DNA from: Escherichia phage vojen
Strand: one strand, 5' to 3'
DNA length: 50,709 bases
Sequence record: NC_049824.1
The notes beneath the pieces were generated by a model that was given only the letters and a program-made list of their open reading frames with translations, searched no databases and was not told where the DNA came from. Each line of letters begins with the position of its first letter. Positions within the stretch are counted from its first letter, which is position 1. Positions 44,762 to 50,709 of the stretch are shown in pieces. The position numbers were made by a program, and so were the translations under genes.

Positions 44762-44834
44762 ATTCCTTTTTGTGCGTTCAATGGTTAGGATACAAACAAT
44801 TAATTGTTGACTTTTATATACAGGAGATCTAATC

Positions 44835-45050
44835 ATGAAAGATTTTTTAAACGCTGCAACTTCCGGCACTGGCGGCGCGTCAATCACTGGCGCGGTAACT
44901 GGTCAAACAACTATTGCAATAGCCAGCTTCGTTTTGATGGCTGCATTTGGTATGTGGGGCGCTTATCTTCGCTGGCGTGATAGTAAGGCGCTACGTGACG
45001 CGCTTGAATGCGGTGATATTAAGAAAGCTATTGAGATCAGAGGGAAATAA
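44835..45050 (+). CDS. putative holin / pinholin (71 aa, one TM segment)
   Basis: Hydrophobic segment [20 protein letters not shown]; directly upstream of the endolysin with overlapping stop/start; AGGAG RBS. Confidence 0.55.
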   Translation: MKDFLNAATSGTGGASITGAVTGQTTIAIASFVLMAAFGMWGAYLRWRDSKALRDALECGDIKKAIEIRGK

Positions 45051-45538
45051 TGAGTATAAAACAAAGAGTGACCGCTGCGGCTTTTGGTGTTGCTCTTGCC
45101 CTTACTTCTCCGCTACTGGAGGAAATAGAAGGAGTAAAACATAAGCCTTACAAAGATATTGCTGGGATATGGACGGTTTGCGCCGGAATAACTGGACCTG
45201 ACGTAATACAAGGCAAAACGTACACACAAAGAGAGTGCGATGCACTACTGGCAAAGCATATTAAGATCGCAAAGGATGAAGTTGATAAGCGTGTAAAGGT
45301 TGACATTCCTGATACAATGCGCGCAGCAATGTATTCATTCACATACAATGCTGGAACTGGAGCTTTTAGAAATTCAACCATGCTTAAGCTGATTAATAGC
45401 GGTCGTTACATGGAAGCGTGCAATCAGTTATGGCGATGGACCAAGTACACAAATCCAAAAACTGGAAAGAAAGAAACGTCTAAAGGACTGCGCAACCGCC
45501 GCGCGGTGGAATTTAAATATTGCATTAAGGATCTGTAA
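45050..45538 (+). CDS. SAR endolysin (T4-lysozyme-like)
   Basis: N-terminal weakly hydrophobic signal-anchor-release-like segment; Glu, Asp and Thr spaced as in a lysozyme catalytic triad. Confidence 0.75.
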   Translation: MSIKQRVTAAAFGVALALTSPLLEEIEGVKHKPYKDIAGIWTVCAGITGPDVIQGKTYTQRECDALLAKHIKIAKDEVDKRVKVDIPDTMRAAMYSFTYNAGTGAFRNSTMLKLINSGRYMEACNQLWRWTKYTNPKTGKKETSKGLRNRRAVEFKYCIKDL

Positions 45539-45540
45539 TT

Positions 45541-45939
45541 ATGCGAAAGTTATCACTAATCGCGATCGCTGTTATTTTGTCTGGATGTTCAAGCGTTACG
45601 CCACTGACCGGATTAATCGGTAGTAAGCCGGAAATCACAGCACAGGCAGGAGCGGAGAACGTAAAGCAGACCGTTGGCGTTACCGCAAAGCAGGACACCA
45701 GCACAAAACAGGAAACTACAATAAAGGAATCTGCTGTTGATAAGGTGGACACTTCCAGCAAGAAGGATTTCACTACGTCAACCATTCAGGCCAATACCAT
45801 CAAGGCTGATAAAATCCAGGTCGTGCAGGGTGAGCAAAGGAAGTGGTACGATCCTATGATCTATTGCGCAGCAATTTTCATTGGTATTTTGTCAATTACT
45901 TACTTTTCCTACCGCAAAGGCAACAAAAAGGAGGCTTAA
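45541..45939 (+). CDS. unimolecular spanin (T1 gp11-like)
   Basis: Lipoprotein signal with lipobox LSGC plus a C-terminal TM helix in one 132-aa protein. Confidence 0.65.
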   Translation: MRKLSLIAIAVILSGCSSVTPLTGLIGSKPEITAQAGAENVKQTVGVTAKQDTSTKQETTIKESAVDKVDTSSKKDFTTSTIQANTIKADKIQVVQGEQRKWYDPMIYCAAIFIGILSITYFSYRKGNKKEA

Positions 45940-45955
45940 CGCCTCCTTTGTTATT
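45930..45955. terminator. Bidirectional terminator at the convergence point
   Basis: GGAGGC-TTAAC-GCCTCC hairpin with flanking A- and T-runs. Confidence 0.6.
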
Positions 45956-46071
45956 CAATTCTCTTTACAGTAACAAACAAAACGCCGTCATCATCACACA
46001 AATTATGTTCTGATATGTTAAACGCTCGCATGTCAGAATGAATGAGCGTTAACATTGCGTGCATGAAGTCT

Positions 46072-46464
46072 TCATGTGAGATTGAACTTACGGCGCAGAA
46101 CTTCAATATTTTGTCTATTAGCATTTGACGTAAACAATTCTTCATCGCTCATTTCCCCGATCCGTAAAACATCCCTTACCCATTCGTTTTGCATACCTTC
46201 CAGGCTGTAAAGTTCAAACGAGAAAGGGCGATTTGCGGATCCTTTCTTACACCAGAACTTTCCACCAACTCCATCAAGATAACCAGCGGTCATCATTCTT
46301 GCGCAAAACTCTTTTGAAACGGCAGTCGCAAACATTCTCGGCGTAAATCCTGCGGCCCTTGCGAGCCGCTCACATTCTCTATGCTGAAATATAAATTTTG
46401 CGATATGTTGACGTGTAAACCATTCGAATGACTCGCACCAGCGATACAGATCCAGAAGAAACAT
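46072..46464 (-). CDS. hypothetical protein (130 aa)
   Basis: ORF adjacent downstream of the ATPase gene on the minus strand. Confidence 0.5.
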   Translation of the reverse strand: MFLLDLYRWCESFEWFTRQHIAKFIFQHRECERLARAAGFTPRMFATAVSKEFCARMMTAGYLDGVGGKFWCKKGSANRPFSFELYSLEGMQNEWVRDVLRIGEMSDEELFTSNANRQNIEVLRRKFNLT

Positions 46465-46466
46465 AA

Positions 46467-48050
46467 TTACCCCAGCAATGTTGGATTTACGAAAACAACG
46501 CCATTAATCACACAAATATAATTTCTTTCCTCAAGCATCGGAAGCAGTTGCGTTTCCATGCGCTTCATTACGCCAGCCTGACCAACAAAAGGCTTAACTT
46601 TTCGTGCAGCCTCATATATGGCGCGCACATTCAAGATCCCCTTGTTAGCCTTACCGTGTCGAGTGATAATCTCGATTAGTTTGCCCATTTCAGCATCATC
46701 ACCAGCATAGCCAGAAGCGTTGGCGGCGCTAATGTATGTTTTGCTCAACTCGCTAAACATCAGCAGTGCTTCTTGAACGGTTTCAACTTCAATCTCTTTC
46801 GACTTCTGAGGGTATCCACCAGGATTAAACCAGTTGCGGATAGTGTGCAAAACCGAAGCAATCCTGATCACCTGCTTATCCATTTTGCCAAGAGCACCGC
46901 GCAGCATTGTATGCGAATACTTTCCGCCATCAGCAAGGTGCGGCTCCATCTCCTGACGAGCCATGTTAAGAACTCGCATTGCTGATTTGCTGATCTTAAG
47001 CTGGATGTTTGATTCACTCATGATGTTATGGATCAGCTTAAAATATTGACTTTTCAGTTCTCCATCAACAGGCTCATAAGTAGAATCACCGTTATCATCA
47101 ACAAACTTTCGACGACCTAAAAATGATTCCTCACGCACAAGCAAATAACGCTCACTCACACCGATACCGCGCGATCCTGCATCCATGATGGCATTGATTG
47201 TTTCATCCTGGGCAATCACCGCCATACAGCCAAGAGCTTTAAAACTCATATTGTTGTCAGCGTTTGCACGAGCTATAGAAACATGACCATGATCCCATGC
47301 TTTCAGCACAAGTTCGCTGTTGGTTTTACGTTCGCCATTAGCATATGTCAGACCTAAAAGGCTGTTAATACTCGTTGCCTCGTCTGAAATCACAGCAAAG
47401 TTACCCTGGCGATTGTTGATTCTTGCAAGTCCTTCCGGCGTGGTGTCGGACACAGGGAAAACAATGTCACACATCTTTTCCAGTTTTTCTTCCAGATCTT
47501 CTTTCTCTTGGTATAGCGATTCCATATCAGCACCAGATCGCTCGCTCTTCATCTCTTTTGCAAGACCTGCCAACTTTGCCTGAATCTTTTTCCGCTCCTT
47601 CTTTCGCTGATCATTAATTCTTTCCACTTCAGCAACCATAGGAGCAAGAGCCAGGCTGTTAACGGCAGATTTACCAGTTGAAGGAGGCTGGCTTGTGACA
47701 ACATAAAGAGCGGTTGGCTGATCCGTTCCGTGATACTCAACCGTGAATCGTCCAAGCATTGCAGCAGACACACAGCCGATAAAATGCATATATGCCGATG
47801 ATTCAGGGAATTGAACAGATCGAGCAATGTTGCGCGCCAACTTGCCAACAACATCAACATCATTGCCAAGAGAAATTACAGGGTAGCGATCGTTTCCGTT
47901 ATTAACATCATTAACCTCACCCCAAAAGCTGGACGATTGACGGTATCCGTTAGCCTGAATGGACACGCGCACCGGAGACAATCCTTGTGCATCAGCTAAT
48001 TCGATAATTTGTTTTGGTGTTAGTTTATTGGTTTCAAACGAAAAATTCAT
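46467..48050 (-). CDS. P-loop ATPase, putative replicative helicase / primase-associated ATPase
   Basis: Walker A QPPSTGKSA; start moved to ATG with AAGGAG RBS. Confidence 0.45.
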   Translation of the reverse strand: MNFSFETNKLTPKQIIELADAQGLSPVRVSIQANGYRQSSSFWGEVNDVNNGNDRYPVISLGNDVDVVGKLARNIARSVQFPESSAYMHFIGCVSAAMLGRFTVEYHGTDQPTALYVVTSQPPSTGKSAVNSLALAPMVAEVERINDQRKKERKKIQAKLAGLAKEMKSERSGADMESLYQEKEDLEEKLEKMCDIVFPVSDTTPEGLARINNRQGNFAVISDEATSINSLLGLTYANGERKTNSELVLKAWDHGHVSIARANADNNMSFKALGCMAVIAQDETINAIMDAGSRGIGVSERYLLVREESFLGRRKFVDDNGDSTYEPVDGELKSQYFKLIHNIMSESNIQLKISKSAMRVLNMARQEMEPHLADGGKYSHTMLRGALGKMDKQVIRIASVLHTIRNWFNPGGYPQKSKEIEVETVQEALLMFSELSKTYISAANASGYAGDDAEMGKLIEIITRHGKANKGILNVRAIYEAARKVKPFVGQAGVMKRMETQLLPMLEERNYICVINGVVFVNPTLLG

Positions 48051-48101
48051 TGATGATAACTCCTTTTTGATGCGGCAATAATACCGCACCAATGCTACCC
48101 G

Positions 48102-48121
48102 CATTTAACAAAAAATGCTAT
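48102..48121 (-). promoter_or_regulatory. Conserved element, variant (minus-strand reading ATAGCATTTTTTGTTAAATG)
   Basis: Variant motif followed by TGCGG...CCGCA dyad around TATTAT at an 18-bp gap; overlaps the TAG stop of gene 48118..48339. Confidence 0.5.
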
Positions 48122-48339
48122 TTGATCCGCTCTATGCTAACTAAGATTTTTTCTGGTTCCTTTGCACTATGGCAATGCGCGGTTACAGAATCAACAAAAT
48201 CAAAGTAAAGTGATTTGTGATATGAAAATCCAATCAGCCACCCAACCATCGTTTTCTTTATTGGCCTGACTATATCGCCAGGCCTGAAGGTTTTTGTTGC
48301 TGATTGAGTCACCTTATAGCGATATTCAGTCTTGATCAC
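48118..48339 (-). CDS. hypothetical protein (73 aa)
   Basis: ORF with ATGA overlap to the upstream gene. Confidence 0.45.
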   Translation of the reverse strand: MIKTEYRYKVTQSATKTFRPGDIVRPIKKTMVGWLIGFSYHKSLYFDFVDSVTAHCHSAKEPEKILVSIERIK

Positions 48340-48722
48340 TTATACATGGCCTCAAACAAATGACAGCCACCAGCGGAAAACCCTACTTCTTCGCGGTATA
48401 GCGTCCAGCGATCGCCAGCTTCATCAAACACATAACCAGCAACATCGCCAAGAGCGCGGCCTTGCTCAATCTGGTAGCGCTTTCCTTCTTTGAAATGCTT
48501 TTTGCAAGGGATCTTGTGATCTACAAAGGTGCATTTAATTGTTTTTGTCTTGATATGACGATAGTCAGACTCAACCGCGTTTTGCCACTTGCTACCCTTT
48601 GTAATGCTCTTTACCTGGAATTGTTCCAACTCGATCACATCATCGCTACCAGCAATTTTTTCGTATACGGTTTTATAGCGCCCGTTCATCAAAACGTTGG
48701 TTTTATTGCAGATAACTTTCAT
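48336..48722 (-). CDS. hypothetical protein (128 aa)
   Basis: ORF with GGAGA RBS downstream of a complete motif/dyad/CATAAT module. Confidence 0.55.
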   Translation of the reverse strand: MKVICNKTNVLMNGRYKTVYEKIAGSDDVIELEQFQVKSITKGSKWQNAVESDYRHIKTKTIKCTFVDHKIPCKKHFKEGKRYQIEQGRALGDVAGYVFDEAGDRWTLYREEVGFSAGGCHLFEAMYK

Positions 48723-48777
48723 CGTTTATTTCTCCTTTCGTTTCGGTGAAGTGATTATGCCAGGCTTTTACACCTGG

Positions 48778-48797
48778 CTTTTAACAAAAAGTGCTAT
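48778..48797 (-). promoter_or_regulatory. Conserved 20-bp element (minus-strand reading ATAGCACTTTTTGTTAAAAG)
   Basis: Exact motif followed by GCCAGG...CCTGGC dyad and CATAAT at an 18-bp gap, then RBS and ATG of 48336..48722. Confidence 0.55.
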
Positions 48798-49498
48798 TTT
48801 GCGTTAGCTTCAAAGACTGCGCGGGCAAAACCGCGCGGGGTGAGGGAGCGGATCATCTTTGTGCGAGATGATTTTCCGCCAGTTTTGGCCCAACCAGGAT
48901 TATCCTTCTCAGTTGGTAATATCATGTTTTTAGGTGGAACGATAAATCCGTTACCAGTCCAAAGGCATGTTTTCTTAAAGTACCGATCCCGCGCAGGAAT
49001 AATATCAGGGAAGTCGGGATGTTTATCATCTTCCGGTAAATATCCGGCGTAATCGCACGGATGGAACGTGTAATCAGGCTTACGCCATAACGTTGACAGC
49101 TTGCCTACAGGATTCTCTATCATGTAAGGAACACCGAAATAATCAGCGATATGCGCGGCTATTTTGCAAGTGTCGGCGGCCTCATTTTGGAAGTTAGGAT
49201 TTTCCATGCGCTTTTTAGCCCAATGGCGAGATCCGCTGTTTGCTAATTGTGTGCAAGGTGGGAAGGCCATAATGAAATCAGGCTTACCCCAATTTTCAAG
49301 TTTTGCGGTATATTTGAATAGATCATCAATCCACACATTAACGTAAAAAATATTATCATGGATTATGCGCACTGAGTGGTAATCTCCGTGATCAGCATCA
49401 TCGTAATTAAAGCAAATGCATTTATATCCATCATCAGCCCAATCTTTAACAGCCTTACCAGATCCATCAAACAAAGAGAAAATTAAACCTTTATACAT
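48794..49498 (-). CDS. DNA cytosine-C5 methyltransferase-like protein
   Basis: Motif I-like LFDGSGKA, PC-containing motif IV-like FPPCTQ, ENV-like MIENPVG; 234 aa is short for this family. Confidence 0.5.
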   Translation of the reverse strand: MYKGLIFSLFDGSGKAVKDWADDGYKCICFNYDDADHGDYHSVRIIHDNIFYVNVWIDDLFKYTAKLENWGKPDFIMAFPPCTQLANSGSRHWAKKRMENPNFQNEAADTCKIAAHIADYFGVPYMIENPVGKLSTLWRKPDYTFHPCDYAGYLPEDDKHPDFPDIIPARDRYFKKTCLWTGNGFIVPPKNMILPTEKDNPGWAKTGGKSSRTKMIRSLTPRGFARAVFEANAK

Positions 49499-49507
49499 TT
49501 CATCACC

Positions 49508-49732
49508 TCAAAACGGAAAGCATCGCGGGCAGTTAGGATCAAAATTGCAGCCGCAATCATTGACAATCATAGTTGGATCTGCAAATGCAGCGCCGCATTC
49601 ATGATCCATATCCATTTCACCCAGCGCATCATCAAGCGTCCTGATCTTATATGCAACTTCAAGCGCTGTCTCTTTATTTAATCCGGCATCTTCAGCCATT
49701 TGCAGGCGCTCAAAAAATCCGTCCTGACTCAT
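49508..49732 (-). CDS. small Cys-rich protein (74 aa)
   Basis: Start moved to ATG with AAGGAG RBS; C-terminal CGC...CPRC cluster. Confidence 0.45.
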   Translation of the reverse strand: MSQDGFFERLQMAEDAGLNKETALEVAYKIRTLDDALGEMDMDHECGAAFADPTMIVNDCGCNFDPNCPRCFPF

Positions 49733-49861
49733 TTCATAAACTCCTTGATAGCAAACAGAATAATAGCAAGACCAGCAGTGACAACCCAAAGACCAATAAG
49801 GCCAATCATCACTCCCAATAAAATATCAAGAAATTTCATCATTATTATCACCTTTATTTAA

Positions 49862-49886
49862 AGGGAGGCGAAAACCTCCCGTTTAT
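49862..49886. terminator. Intrinsic terminator-like hairpin
   Basis: GGGAGG-CGAAAA-CCTCCC hairpin with T-rich flanks, downstream of gene 49890..50117. Confidence 0.55.
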
Positions 49887-49889
49887 TAA

Positions 49890-50117
49890 TTAGACAGCCT
49901 TCCAGCTTTCAATGAACATGCTGTTCTCTTCAAGAAGTTTAATCAATTCTTCGCGTGTATATTTGCGGATTTTACTACCAGGATGCGAGCCAACAACAAA
50001 CACACCTTTACCGCTTGTGATTGTTAACTGGTTGATTCCGCAAGATTTATCCATTTTTACGGCGACGCGGTGATGAGCGTCAATAGTTGCCATAATGTTT
50101 AAAACTTTTGCTTTCAT
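49890..50117 (-). CDS. hypothetical protein (75 aa)
   Basis: ORF on minus strand. Confidence 0.5.
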   Translation of the reverse strand: MKAKVLNIMATIDAHHRVAVKMDKSCGINQLTITSGKGVFVVGSHPGSKIRKYTREELIKLLEENSMFIESWKAV

Positions 50118-50225
50118 TTAAATATCCTCAATTGAAATATGAATGACGTGGCGCTCTTTTTCCGTCGCCGCCGTAATGGTCATTTGCAACAGCCACCATC
50201 CAAGCGTTTTTGAAAATAAATAGCC

Positions 50226-50438
50226 TCACTTCTTATTTTTCATTTTAAATTTATGACCTGGAACACCAGCACCAATATATCCATCGTTGTATTCCATTAA
50301 ATAAAGGTGAAGGCCATTATCTGAAATTAAATGAGGATCTTCTTTTAGATTTCCCATTAGTTGGTATTCTTTTCCGCGCGTAAATTTCCAAATTGATTTA
50401 TAAGTTTCTACACATTTAAGTTTTAATTGCCTTGCCAT
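50226..50438 (-). CDS. hypothetical protein (70 aa)
   Basis: ORF on minus strand. Confidence 0.5.
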   Translation of the reverse strand: MARQLKLKCVETYKSIWKFTRGKEYQLMGNLKEDPHLISDNGLHLYLMEYNDGYIGAGVPGHKFKMKNKK

Positions 50439-50635
50439 TAGATGATCTCCATGTATGTTTCAAAGCCATTTAACTTGAACAGGCCGTTTTCACATTTGCG
50501 CACGTTCCAAGTTAGCCCTGAGTGGTACGCCTCCATATCATCAAGATCAATGGTGATTTCAACGCCTTTCTTAAATAAGCCTTTTTCGTGAGATTTGTCG
50601 CGCTTAACCACTTTAACATCAACCTGATTTTCCAT
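50438..50635 (-). CDS. hypothetical protein (65 aa)
   Basis: First ORF downstream of the motif copy at the window end. Confidence 0.5.
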   Translation of the reverse strand: MENQVDVKVVKRDKSHEKGLFKKGVEITIDLDDMEAYHSGLTWNVRKCENGLFKLNGFETYMEII

Positions 50636-50690
50636 TTTTTAATCCTCGTTCGTTGTCGATGCGCATAATATACCAATCAGAGGCGCATCG

Positions 50691-50709
50691 GTTTTAACAA
50701 AAAGTGCTA
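50691..50709 (-). promoter_or_regulatory. Conserved element, truncated at window end
   Basis: Plus strand reads GTTTTAACAAAAAGTGCTA, preceded by GATGCGC...GCGCATC dyad enclosing an ATAAT-like hexamer. Confidence 0.5.

Noticed and set aside
44792-44820. Sigma70 promoter immediately upstream of the holin gene (TTGACT 44807-44812, TATATA 44815-44820)
   Set aside because: The two hexamers are only 2 bp apart and no hexamer pair with 16-19-bp spacing was found; the lysis genes may be read through from upstream or use a non-canonical promoter.
45951-46145. 64-aa minus-strand ORF overlapping the end of gene 46072..46464
   Set aside because: It overlaps the upstream gene by 74 bp at the annotated start; only a ~37-aa version from an internal ATG would avoid the overlap, and it has no clear RBS.
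1-50709. CRISPR array formed by the repeated 20-bp element
   Set aside because: Copies are irregularly spaced by hundreds to thousands of bp, separated by genes, in both orientations and not flanked by uniform spacers; this is a regulatory motif family, not a repeat-spacer array.
1-50709. Integrase, excisionase or CI-like repressor indicating a temperate lifestyle
   Set aside because: No tyrosine or serine recombinase-sized ORF with recognisable motifs and no repressor/Cro pair at a divergent operator was found; the HTH protein at 38957..39430 sits in the replication block, so the phage is interpreted as virulent.

Overview
The window reads as a complete or near-complete ~50.7 kb genome of a virulent, T1-like (Drexlerviridae-type) siphovirus of enterobacteria. 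Both window ends carry the same conserved element, consistent with a circular or permuted assembly. Functions are inferred from motifs read by eye in the supplied translations; no database search was run. Plus-strand modules run in order: an early block of small unknown genes (1752-9923) containing a HAD phosphatase and a P-loop kinase; the late morphogenesis block (10004-30461) with terminase small and large subunits, portal, Mu-F-like head protein, scaffold/protease, major capsid, neck proteins, major tail protein, G/GT chaperone with a -1 frameshift, tape measure and lambda-like M-L-K-I-J tail tip; then a recombination module (exonuclease, Erf, SSB). Minus-strand blocks hold a candidate Cor/Llp-like lipoprotein, a tail fibre with a C-terminal chaperone domain, primase and an HTH protein, plus an arm of unknown genes with a C5-methyltransferase-like gene and a P-loop ATPase that wraps the window ends. 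A further plus-strand block carries an SF2 helicase, VRR-NUC nuclease, Dam methyltransferase, an HTH-metallophosphatase fusion and a holin / SAR-endolysin / unimolecular-spanin lysis cassette. No integrase, repressor, tRNA or CRISPR array was seen. The most striking unexplained signal is a dispersed ~20-bp element (ATAGCACTTTTTGTTAAAAC family, about 18 copies), usually starting on the upstream gene's stop codon and followed after ~18 bp by a -10-like hexamer. Also notable are two diverged copies of a GT-rich element, each upstream of a strong sigma70-like promoter.
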